Positions 1-11,592 of a DNA stretch of 58,842 bases are shown in pieces. Both the position numbers and the translations under genes were made by a program. Position 1 is the stretch's first letter. Each line of letters begins with the position of its first letter. The stretch covers positions 1 to 58,842 of the forward strand of contig NW_014577087.1 of the NCBI RefSeq assembly GCF_000485595.1, written 5' to 3'. This stretch comes from Priapulus caudatus. Taxonomy: Eukaryota. The notes beneath the pieces are model-generated. The model worked only from the letters and a program-made list of their open reading frames with translations, ran no database searches and had not been told where the DNA came from.

Positions 1-3000
1 TTCCCTAATAAACTTTTATAGTAGACTGCGGTTTTATAATTAGGAGAGCGCCCTTAGCATGATAGGGTACCGAAAGAAACGCTTACTTTTATGCCCTGGA
101 CGTTCCATCCTCGCCCTTTGCCTCCCCTGCCTCGCTTCTTAGCTCTTCTTTCTTCTTTACCGCCCAGTAATCTTCCCTGGCGCCTTCTCCTCAGTACCCC
201 CATTTCGCCTCTTCCCGCCGCAGCAAGTTTATAATTTATGAATTTCTGGCCCTCAGACGGGCACTCACACCTAACACCGTGCGCGCGCATGCGTAAATAT
301 CTTCCTGAGAGCTCTATTATGTATTTTGGCAAAGATTATGCATTTAAAATAAGAGAGTTATCCTAGTATAGTTTTCTGATGATAAGATTCCATCAGCAGG
401 ACTTCAGTTAAGGAAATTAGGAGGCAAGACTTTGCATGGTTAACGTTCCCCGCTGCGTATACCAGCCAGTACACAATCTGGTACGCTTAGTGTTCGTTAG
501 CGGCGATGCGCAACTTATCTCACAAAGGAGTTGTATTTGTGATGAATATGCATTTAAATGGTCTAGCGGGTATATCTCAGCATTGATTATTCCTAATAAC
601 AACTCTTTATCATTAGACCTGGGTTTATAATTAGGAGGAGCGCCCTAGCATGTAGCGGTACAAAAATCTTACTTTTATGCCCTCGCGTCATGCCTGCCTC
701 CCTGTTCCTCGCTGAGCCTCCTTTTCTCTCTTAACCGCCCCAGCTATATTTTCCTTGCGCCTTTCCTCGAGTCTCCCATCTCCCTCTCCCCCGCCCAGCA
801 AGTATATTATGAAGTTTGCCTCGGACGGCATTGCACGCTCAGCACGGCTCGCGCTCGCATGCGCAATATCTCCGAGAGCAATGTTATTTTGCATAAGGTT
901 ATGCATTAAAATAAAGAAGGAGTTATCGCTAGCCATAGATTTGTATGAATAACATTCCAATCAGAGACATCATTTGGAGAAATAGGAGGAAGACCTTGCG
1001 CATGTAAGGTCCCCGCTGGTATACCAAGCAGTACACAATCCGGCTACGTTTAGTGTGTTAGGCAAATGCGCAATATCTCACCAGATGGGTTACTATTTTC
1101 GTGATGAATATGCATTTAAAATGGTTTAGGGGTCGGCTAAGTCTTAGACAGATCTTCGCCTAAATAAACCTTTTCAGTTTAGACCTTGTTATAATTAGGA
1201 GACGCCGCCTAGCACTTTAGGGTACTGTAACACTTACATTAATGCTCTCGCGTCCTTTCCTTAGCCTCCCCTGTCCCTCGCTCAGCCTCATTCTTCTTTT
1301 ACGCGCAGCTATTACTTTCCTGCCGCCTTTCTCAGTCTCCCATTCCTTCTCCCTCGCAGCAAGGTCATATTATAAAGTTTGCCTCAGACGGCCACTGCAC
1401 GCCTAACAACGGTACCGCTGCGCATGCGCAATTATCTCTCGTGAGAATTGTATTTGCATAAGATTATGCATTAAAATGGAAAAGGAGTCATATCCTAGGC
1501 ATTAGATTTATATTGATAACATTCAATCAGTTGATCATCATTTAATGAATATACGAGGAAGACCTTGCGTGTAAGCGCCCCGCTGAAGTATAGCCAGCCA
1601 GTACACAATCTTGCTACGTTAGTGTGTTAGCGCCATGCGGCAACATATCACCAGCAAGGAGTTATATTTTGTGATGAATATTGGCATTTAAATTTGGTTA
1701 GGAGGTTATCTCAGCACGATTTCCCTAATAACTTTTATCAGTTAAAGGAACCCCTCTTGTTTCTATAATTAGAGAGAGCGCCCTAGCATGTAGGGTATTA
1801 AAACATCTGACTTTTGTGCCCTCGCGTCAGTTTCCCTTGCCTCCCCTGTCCTTCCCTTAGCTTCTTCTTCTTTCTACCGCCCCCAGCTATCTCACTGCGC
1901 CTTTCCTCAGTCTCCCATCCCTCTTCCCACAGCCAAGCTATATTATGAAGTTTGCCTCAGACGGCACTGCCACGTCTAAACACCGTGAGTGCGCATGCGC
2001 CAATATATCGGTAGCACTCGTATCTTTGCAAGATTATGCATTTTAGAATAATAGAGGAGTTATCCTAGCATTAGATTTGTATGATAAACATTTCATCAGC
2101 AGACATCATATTGCAGAAATAGAGGAAGACCTTGCATGTTAAGGTCCCGCTGCGTATTACAGCCAGTACACAATCGGCCTACGTTAGTGTGTTACGCGCA
2201 TGGCACTATTTCAGCAGAATGAGTTATATTTTGTGCATGAAATATGGATTTAAAAAATGGTTAGGTGGTATGTCTTAGCACAGATTTCCCTAATAAACTC
2301 TTTATCAGTATGACCTCCTGTCTTATAATTGGAGAGCCGCCCTAGCATTTAGGCGTATGGTAACATATACATTATGCTCTCGCGTCCTTTCCCTGCCTCC
2401 CCGTGTCCCTCGCTCAGCCTCATTTTCTTTGACCGCGCACAGTATTTTTCCTGCGCACTTTCCTCAGTCTCCCATTCCTTCGTCCCCGCAGCAAGGTATA
2501 TTATAAGTTTGCCTCAGACGGCCATGCACGCCTAACACGGTTACGCGGCGCATGCGCAATATCTCCCGTGAGAAATTTGATATTTTGCAATAGCATTATG
2601 CATTTTAAATGAAAAGGAGTTATGCCTAGCATAGAGTTTATATGATAACTATTCAATCACGTTTGACATCATTAAGAGAAACGAAGGAAGATCTTTGCGT
2701 GTCAAGCGTCCCCGCTGGTAACCAGTCCGAGTACACAATCTTGCCTACGTTAGTGTGTTAGCGCTATGCGCAACAGTATGACCAGAGGAGTTATATTTTG
2801 TGATGAATATGCACTTTTAAAATGGTTTAGGGGGTTATCTCAGCACAGATTTCCCTAATAAACTTTTTATCAGTGTAGACCTCTGTTATAATTAGGAGAG
2901 CGCCCTAGCATTGTAGGGTATTGAAAACATTATTTATGCCCTCGCGTCCATTTCCTTGCCTTCCCCTGTCCTCGCTTAGCCTTCTTCTTCTTCTACCGCC

Positions 3001-6000
3001 CCCAGCTATCTTCACTGCCGGCCTTTTCCTCAGTCTCCCATCCCGCTCTTCCCCACAGCAAGCTATAATAATGGATAGTTTGCCTCAGACGGCACTGCCG
3101 TCTACCACACCGCTGAGTTGCGCTAATGCGCAATATATCCGGTAGCACTTTCGTATTTTGCAAGATTAGGCATTTTAAATAAAGAGGAGTTATCCTAGCA
3201 TAGATTTGTAATGACTACATTTCTCAGCAGACATCATTTGAGAATAGGAGGAAGACCTTGATGTAAGGTCCCGCTGCGTATACAGCCAGATACACATCCG
3301 GCTACTGTTAGTGTGTTAGGCGCTATGGCCACTATTTCACCAGATGAGTTATATTTTTGTGATGAATTATGCATTTAAAATTGGTTAGGTGGTATCTTAG
3401 CACAGATTTCTAATAAACTTTTATTCAGTAGACCTCTGTTTATAATTAAAAGAGAGCGCCTAGCATTTAGGATACGCTAACACCTACTTTATGCCCCGCG
3501 TCCATCCCCTTGCCTCCCTGTCCCCCGCTTAGCTTCTTTCATTCTTCTTACGCCCCAGCCTATCTTTACTGCCCGCCTTATTCCTAGTCTCCCATGCTCC
3601 TCTCCCCGCAGCAAGCTATCATATGAAGTTCTTGCCTCAGACGGCACTGCACGCCTAAACACGCGTAGCGCGCTGATGCGCAATATCTCCGTGAGAAATT
3701 GTATTTTTGCATAGATTATGATTTAAAATGAAGAGAAGTTTATCCTAGCATAGATTTGTATAATAAATTCAATCAGTTGACATTATTTAAGAAATTAGGA
3801 GGAAGACCTTGATGTAAGGTCCCCGCTGCGTTATACCAGCCAGGTACACAATCTGGCCTAGTTTATGTGTGTTAGCGCATACGCAATATCTCACCAGAGG
3901 AGTTATTATTTTGCTGATGCAATATGGCTCATTTAAGAATGGTTAGGCGGCGATATCTCAGCACAGATTTCCCTAAATTAAAGTTTTATCAGTAGACCTC
4001 TGTTATAATTAGGAGAGCCGCCTAGCATGTAGGGTACGAAACACCTACATTATGGCCTCCATGGCCTCCACGCCTACACATTTGCCTCCCCTGTTCCTCG
4101 CCTCAGCCTCATTCTTCTTCTACGCCCCAGCTATATCTTTCCTGCCGCCTTTCCTCAGTCTCCCATCTCCTCTCCCCCGCAGCAAGCTATATTTATGAAG
4201 TTTGCCTAGACGGGTACTGCACGCTAACACGGTCCGAGCGGTGCCGCAATATCTCCCGCAGAAATCGATTTTGCATAGATTATGCATTTAAAATGAAGAG
4301 GAAGTTATCCTAGCCATAGATTTAATTATAATATTCAGATCAGTTGACATCAGTTTAAGAGAATTAGGGAGGGAAGGACTTGCATGTAACGTCCCGCCTG
4401 CGTATACCAACTAGTACCCAATCTTGCTACGTTAGTGTGTTTAGCGCATGCGAATATATCACTAGAGGAGTTATATTTTGTGATGAATATGCATTTAAAA
4501 TGGTAGGGGTATCTAGCCATAGATTTCCTTAATAAACTTTATCAGTAGACCTGGGGTTTATAATTACTAGGAGCGCCTAGCATGTAGGCTACAATAACAT
4601 CTCTTCTTTATGCCTTACGCTCCATTTCCTTTCGCTTCCTGTTCCTCGCTTCAGTCTTCTTTCTTCTACCGCCCAGTTTATCTTCGACTGCGCCTTTCCT
4701 TCAGTCTTCCATCCCCTCTCCTGCAGCAACGCTATTATTATGAAGTTCTGCCTCACGGCACTGACACGCTAAACACGTGCTTGCGTGCGATGCGCAAATA
4801 TCTCCAGAGCAATCGTATTTTGCAAAGATTATTGCATTTATAAAAATAAAGGTGAAGTTATCTAGCATAGATCTTGTTTAATAACATTCCATCAGCAGAC
4901 ATCATTTAGGAAATAAGGAGGAAGACCTTGCATGTAAAGGTCCCCGCTGCGTATACCAAGCCATGTACACAACCTCTGGCTACGTTAGGTGTGTTTTAGC
5001 GCATGCGCAATATCTCACAGTAGGTAGTTATATTTTGGGATGATATATGCATTTAAAATGGTTAGGGTAGTCTCAGCATAGCATTTCCCTAATAAACTTT
5101 TATCAGTTAGACCTGGTTTTATAATTTAGGACTGGCCCTAGCATGATAGGTTCAAAACACTACTTTATGCCCTCGCGTCCATTCCCCTTATCTCCCTGTC
5201 CCTCGCTTAGCGCTTCTTCTTCTATCTACCGCCCAGCTATCTTTACTTGCCGCCTTTCCTCAGTCTCCCATCTCCTCTCCCTCGCAGCAAGCCCTATATT
5301 ATGAAGTTTGCTCAGACGGCACTGGCACGCTAACACGTGTTACAGGCGCGTCGCGCAATATCTCCCGCGAGGAAATCGCATTTTGCATAGGATTATGCAT
5401 TGAAAATGAAGAAGGAGTTATCCTAGCAAACTTTATATTATAATTATTCAATCTACGTTGACATTCATAAGAAATAGGAGGAAGGACCTTGATGTAACGG
5501 TTCCTTCCGCTGCGTTATACCAACTAGTACACATAATCTTGCTACGTTAGTGTCGTTTTAGCGCATGCGCAATATATCCACTGAGGAGTTATTATTTTGT
5601 GATGAATATGCATTTAACAATGGTTAGAGGAGGGTATCCCAGCATAGATTTCCCTAATAAACATTTATCAGTAGACCTGTGTTTATAATTAGGAGAGCGG
5701 CCTAGCATGTAGGGTACGAAACACCTACATTATGCCCTCGCGTCCTTTCCATTGCCGCCACTGTCACTCGCTCAGCCTCCTTCTTCTTCTACCGCCCCAG
5801 CTATCTTCACTGTCGCCTTTCCTCAGTCTACAATCCCCTCTCCCCTTCAGCAAGCTAGATTAAGAAGTTTGCCTCAGACGGCACTGCACGCCTAACACGG
5901 TACGCGCGCATGCGCAATATCTCCCGTGCAAAATTGTATTTTGCTTAGATTATGCATTTAAAATGAAGAGGAGTTATCCTAGCATAGAGCTATATGATAA

Positions 6001-6900
6001 CATTCAATCAGTTGACATCATTTAAGAAATAGGAGGAAGACCTTGCATGTAAGGTTCCCCGCTGCGTATACCAGCCAGTACGCAATCTTGCTACGTTACT
6101 GTGTTAGCGCATGCGCAATATATCACAAGAGGAGTTATATTTTGTGATGAATATGCATTTAAAATGGTTAGCGGGTATCTCAGCATAGATTTCCTTAATA
6201 AACTTTTATCATTAGACCTGGGTTTATAATTAGGAGAGCGCCCTAGCATGTAGGGTACAAAACATCTACTTTATGCCCTCGCGTCCATTTTCTTGCCTCC
6301 CCTGTCCCTCGCTTAGCCTTCTTCTTCTTCTACCGCCCCCAGCTATCTTCACTGCCGCCTTTTCTCAGTCTCCCATCCCCTCTCCCCCACAGCAATCTAT
6401 ATTATGAAGTTTTCCTCAGACGGCACTCCACGCCTAACACCGTGCGTGCGCATGCGCAATATCTCCCGGGAGCAATCGTATTTTGCAAAGATTATGCATT
6501 TTAAATGAAGAGGAGTTATCCTAGCATAGATTTATATGATAACATTCCATCATCAGACTTCATTTAAGATATAGGAGGAAGACCTTGCTGCCCTTGCATG
6601 TAAGGTCCCCGCTGCGTATACCAGCCAGTACACAATCCGGCTACGTTAGTGTGTTAGCGCATGCGCAATATCTCACCAGAAGAGTTATATTTTGTGATGG
6701 ATATGCATTTAAAATGGTTAGGGGGTATCTCAGCACAGAATTCCCTAATAAATTTTTATCAGTAGACCTGGGTTTATAATTAGGAGAGCGCCCTAGCATG
6801 TAGGGTATAAAACATCTACTTTATGCCCTCGCGTCCATTTCCTTGCCTCCCCTGTCCCTCGCTTAGCCTTCTTCTTCTTCTACCGCCCCCAGATATCTTC
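1..6900 (+). repeat. Satellite array, ~540-570 bp unit, ~12.3 copies (runs off the window start)
   Basis: Motif ttccctaataaacttttatcagtagacctg...ccctagcatgtagggtac recurs at ~1, 590, 1158, 1720, 2287, 2851, 3408, 3969, 4525, 5085, 5650, 6190, 6741. The clean copy 5650-6190 is ~540 bp. Confidence 0.97.
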
Positions 6901-6919
6901 CCTTATATCTTCCTTTATT

Positions 6920-7418
6920 ATGTGGCCTTGGGCCCCCAGCATATACTATTATTACAATTCTATATAGGTGGCCTTAGGCCCCCGTCATATACAATACTAT
7001 ATGTGTGGCCTTGGGCCACCATACACTATTTTATTATTACAATACTATATAGGTGGCCTTAGGCCCCCCGTCATACAAATACTATATGTGTGGCATTGGG
7101 CCCCCATCATACATTATTATTACAATTCTATATAGGTGGTCTTAGGCCCCCGTCTTACAAATACTATATATGTGGCATTGGGCCCCCATCATACACTATT
7201 TTATTATTACAATACTATATAGGTGGCCTTAGGCCCCCGTCATACAAATACTATATATGTGGCCTTGGGCCCCATAATAAACTATTCTATTATTACAATA
7301 CTATATAGGTGGCCTTAGGCCCCCGTCATACAAATTCTATATGTGGCATTAGGCTCTCCATCATACACTATTCTATTATTACAATTCTATATAGGTGGCC
7401 TTAGGCCCCTGTCATATA
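6920..7418 (+). repeat. Minisatellite, ~80-85 bp unit made of two related ~40-bp halves, ~6 copies
   Basis: Alternating tgtggccttgggcccccatcatacactatt...acaat and tatataggtggccttaggcccccgtcatacaaatac. Confidence 0.93.
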
Positions 7419-7524
7419 GGGTTATTGTCGGAGTGAGCTAAGGAAGTCTGGAAGCCACCAATGGGGGACGAGGTGGCCTAGAGCCACACTTGGATGTGGA
7501 TATCTGTCGCCTACATTTCAGACG

Positions 7525-8050
7525 GGCAGTACGGCCAAAAGAAAATTACGTAAATATAGCTTGCTGATGGAGAGAGTGGTGGGGAACTGAGGGAAGGTGG
7601 CAGGGAAGACAGTCGAGGGACGATGGAAGGAGAGGGAGGCTGAGCGTGCGACAATAGAGACAACGGGAAGGGAGGGCGGGGATAAAGTAGGAGTTTTTCA
7701 CCCTACAGGCTACTGCGCTCTCCTAACTATAAACACAGGTCTACTGATAAGAATTTATTACAGAAATCTCCTGAGATACTGATATGATGCTGAGATACCC
7801 CCTGACCATACTAAATGCATTTTCATCACAAAATAAAACTCCTCTTGTGAGATATTGCGCTTGCGCTAAAACAGTAACGTATTCAGATTATACTGACTTG
7901 TAGGCCTATATGCAGCGGGGACCTTATAAGATCTGCTTCCTATTTCGAAATTGAGGTCTACTGATGGAATTTTGTTATATCAATCTCTACTAGGATAACC
8001 CTTCTTCATTTTAAATTAAAACTGTTTGCAAAATATTATAATCTTCTCGC
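7525..8050 (-). repeat. Single diverged, inverted monomer of the 550-bp satellite
   Basis: Reverse-complement matches along the unit, e.g. gcgctctcctaactataaacacaggtctactgataa, aaatgcattttcatcacaaaataaaactcctc, gcagcggggacctta, taggataacccttcttcattttaaa. Confidence 0.9.
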
Positions 8051-8939
8051 ACAGTTTCAGGCGTAGAGTACGACCTAAATAATAGGTACGATATGTATAT
8101 ATAATATATATACGAATGTACATATCTACCACAGATGTCAATAGCTACTGGAGAGCTAGCGAGCGCGCGCGTACAGTACTAGCCTTACATATTACAAGTC
8201 TACGTTAAATCCATGTGCATGCTTGTAGGATCAGATATGGAGTGACAAGATTCTGGAACTCGAGACTATCCAATCCTTTCAATATCCCCATACCTAGGGC
8301 ACCTAGCAGCAGTATACGGTCGCGGTTTCAGTTTAGGCTATCAATCGGAACTCATTTTTTATACTTTCTATTTTTTTCATTTAGTGGAGACAAGCACAAA
8401 ATAATAATATTATAGAAGGGGCTTATAATTATGCGGAAGTGCATGTTCAAAAATCTGGGGGAACATTTTATATTGTGTCTCCACCCTTCGAAAAGTGGGG
8501 GGGGGCGTGTCCCCCAAGTCCCCAAGGCATTTGCGCCCATGGAGTCAGGCAAGTGAACACCTAGTGTCCATTATAGACAGGTGTCAATTCTATAGCGGGG
8601 ATTTCCCTGTAAAATTCAACTCGGCGAAAACGATCAAATAAAGTATCGTATGTCCGTTCTATGGAGGTGACTACTAACACATCTTTGACTGTTATGTGCC
8701 ATCGCGTCTCTGCGAAACGAAGTCCCGCAGTCGATACATGAGAAAGAACTCGCAACGAGAGTACGCCCGTGTCTTCACATACGTAGCATTGATCTACTGC
8801 CTCCTTTTGTTGGTGCGGTAGCATCCTTAGCAACGAGCCCTGTCGACCGCTGATAGTTTGCTCCCGTAGATCGACCGACTTGGCACCGACGACGCATTAC
8901 CCCCCGTGTCTATAGCTGCTGTCGTTAGGTTAAGAAAAA

Positions 8940-9160
8940 GTTTGGCGGCGTGTGCGAGTATTTGTATTGTGAAAGCACGTACGATCGGCTGCATGTTTCC
9001 CCATGTGTAGGTGCTCTCGGTGGGGTGGGGGAAACAGCTTGCGGCGTGTGCGAGTATTGGTAAAGAAATCACTTTCGATCGGCTGCATTATACCACAGGA
9101 ATGGTGTAGGTGCTGTCGGTGGGGTGGAGGAAACGTTTGCGGTGTGTGCGAGTATTGCCG
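8940..9160. repeat. Tandem repeat ~100 bp, ~2.3 copies
   Basis: gcggcgtgtgcgagtatt...cgatcggctgcat...gtgtaggtgct.tcggtggggtgg.ggaaac repeated. Confidence 0.85.
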
Positions 9161-9509
9161 AAAAGCTCGCACAATTGGATAGCTAATGTGACCCGCCTAG
9201 CTTCGTCTGTACTCTTGCCAGCACTACAGAGCGTGGTCAGCATCAAGGAGCACAAATGAGTTCTTTGGTCAGCACGGGCGGTGAACAGTGAATCGTGCAG
9301 ATAATCTAAGGCGGAATCTGAGCATCGCTTATTTAGCACGGACACCGGCGGAGGCGGACACATCTGTGACGCATGATGAGGACGCGCTGGGAGCATGTAA
9401 CACCGCCGTCACTCACGCAACGTCGCCGTAGCTGACGCAACACTACCCGCGCCGACAACGTCATTGTAACCGACACAGCGACGCTCTCGCCGACGCAACG
9501 TCGTCGTAG

Positions 9510-9666
9510 TCGACGCAAGAACCCCGTAGCCGATGAAATAACCTCGTAGCCGACGAAAGAACCCCGTATCCGACGAAAGAACCCCGTATCCGACAAAAGA
9601 ACCCCGTAGCCGACGAAATAATCTCGTAGCCGAGGAAAAACCCCGTAGCCGACGAAATAACCCCGA
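9510..9666. repeat. 20-bp minisatellite, ~8 copies
   Basis: accccgtagccgacgaaaga variants head-to-tail. Confidence 0.9.
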
Positions 9667-9847
9667 ATTGACGCGGAGTGCTTTGATATACATCAGCGCT
9701 ACGTCGTCGCCTCGTCGGTGACCCTCTCCGACGACAAACATTCGTCCGTCGGTGTCTCCAGCGGTGCGTCTGTAGGTGTCATCTGTCGCGGGTGTGTCTT
9801 ACACGCACGAAGCGTCTGTCGTTACTTCCGTACTCGCACCAGCAGCC

Positions 9848-9923
9848 ATGAGTGTAAGATGGCTGCTGGCTGTAGTCGTGTTGGTACTCACTACGGTCGC
9901 ATTGCACGCAGCAGAAATTGAAC
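9848..9923 (+). CDS. STMC6-like gene exon 1 (signal peptide)
   Basis: gccATG context, hydrophobic MSVRWLLAVVVLVLTTVALHA, donor c|gtaagt. Confidence 0.8.
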
Positions 9924-11592
9924 GTAAGTTTGAGATTAGCCAAATTTCCATCCTATCGCAACATTTGCAATGTAGGTGTAAATTATTCGCTAGGCCATAT
10001 TAAAAGGTACGGATAGACCTTCCTCTCTCACACTCTCCCTTTCTCACAGACACACACAGAGACACACGCAGACACACGCGCGCGCGTGGGCGCGCAAACA
10101 CATACGCACGCCCACACGCACATGTACAGTTTCTTGTACGTTTAGTATACGTGTTCTATGTTTTAAAACTGGTGTGTTGCAGCCACCGTACCTCCCGAGT
10201 GCCTCGTGGACAAAGAGCTGGAAGCCGACGCGCCTGGCAACCTCGTAAAATGTGAGGATGAACCGTACACGGAGTGCTGTGACCGTGACGGCGAGCCGGG
10301 ATGCTGCGACCCGTCTGGGGATAAACAGTAAGACCATCGCTGAAAATTTCTCCTTCAATTGAGCTAAATTCAATTCCGCCTGCTCGATGTAATCAGGCCC
10401 TCCTTGGATATTGTTGCTAGTTTAGCCAGGGTAGACAAGTTTGTAGAGAATGAGAGTTGAGCGATTGAGTGCTTCTTGCACGGGCGCGCCAAATTTTCGA
10501 CTTTGTGACACTTCGTCACTAAGCAGCGTTTTGGAACTCCCTATCACAACGCCGATTAGCTGAAGCTACCTGTCAATCAGTCCACGCGGATATGTTGAGG
10601 AAGACCGGAGATTTTTTCAACGTTTCTGTTTATGCAGCTCAGCATTGGAATAGAATCAAATTGATTTATCATCGATTCAAATAATTTTATTCTATTACAA
10701 TGTCTGCTGACCTGATGAAGAGATGTAATCTCGAAAGCTTGTCAATTAAATTTTAAACACCCTTGTTCTGTACCTTGACTTTGTTTATATATATATATAT
10801 ATATCTTTCTGCGTCCTGCAGAGACGGCGTACTGGTAAAATTCGGCATAATCTGCTCGTGCGCAACGGTGGGGCTGGCTCTCTTCTGCTTCGTCTTCATG
10901 TGGTGTCGACCCGACTCGTTTCCGTGTTTGGCGACGCTGAAGCGGAGGTACTGCTGGTGAGTAAGCCCCCAGAGAAGATCGAGAGAGGTCTTGTCTCTCT
11001 GCCATATATATATTTGATCTTGGCGTTCACGGTATGACGCCGACAGAGGTCGCTTGTATGTTTTTCTCGCATAAGGCATGGATCTGTATCACCTAGCTGT
11101 ATATACTAACTGGTAACTATATATATAACTAATAACTGTTATCATATACAGCTTAGTGGAATGTGTATATGTACTACAACAGCTATTGTTATATATAGCT
11201 TGTAAATGGGGTACGGGGAGCAGACCTCGCAAAATCACGAAAGCGGGGGGGGGGGGGTCTGAGAGAAGTAGCGGGATTTTGTTCAGATGCTTTTGGGTAT
11301 GCGTCAAATAGCGCTACGGGGAGTGTTATTAAATCGAAGCAGATTTTAAGTAATTTCGATAAACCGGGATGCTGTCCAAATTAGAAGTGAAATGATGATG
11401 CGAGTTCTCTCGAGTTGAATGCACTATACGTAACACATATATACCATTAAATTAGCGTATTATAATCTTATTTACAGCTGTTGCGACGAAAATCGAAAAA
11501 ACAAGGTAGGCAACTACTACATACCAAAGGAGTTAAGAAACAGCAACGGGAATCACGGTGATAACCCCGATGGAACCACGGGCTACATATAG
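9848..11592 (+). CDS. Small single-pass membrane protein, Shisa-like/WBP1-VOPP1/CYYR1 (STMC6)-type, 4 exons, 156 aa
   Basis: join(9848..9923,10183..10327,10822..10956,11478..11592) = 471 nt; all introns GT-AG, phases 1,2,2 consistent. Protein: MSVRWLLAVVVLVLTTVALHAAEIEPTVPPECLVDKELEADAPGNLVKCEDEPYTECCDRDGEPGCCDPSGDKQDGVLVKFGIICSCATVGLALFCFVFMWCRPDSFPCLATLKRRYCCCCDENRKNKVGNYYIPKELRNSNGNHGDNPDGTTGYI. The family call is inferred from architecture only. Confidence 0.8.
10183..10327 (+). CDS. STMC6-like gene exon 2 (six-cysteine ectodomain)
   Basis: ttgcag| acceptor, C..C..CC..CC, donor ca|gtaaga. Confidence 0.8.
10822..10956 (+). CDS. STMC6-like gene exon 3 (transmembrane helix)
   Basis: cctgcag| acceptor, FGIICSCATVGLALFCFVFMWC, donor tg|gtgagt. 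Confidence 0.8.
11478..11592 (+). CDS. STMC6-like gene exon 4 (cytoplasmic tail, stop)
   Basis: tttacag| acceptor, phase 2 gives CCCDENRKNK...TGYI*; AATAAA near 11982. Confidence 0.7.

Noticed and set aside
1..6900. Satellite as a tandem RNA-gene (5S, snRNA, SL) or coding array
   Set aside because: No RNA gene I can recognise and no conserved ORF between copies; an Infernal/Rfam search would settle it
9510..9666. CRISPR-like appearance of the 20-bp repeat (also the 37-bp and 83-bp arrays)
   Set aside because: Head-to-tail units without unique spacers, no cas genes, eukaryotic context
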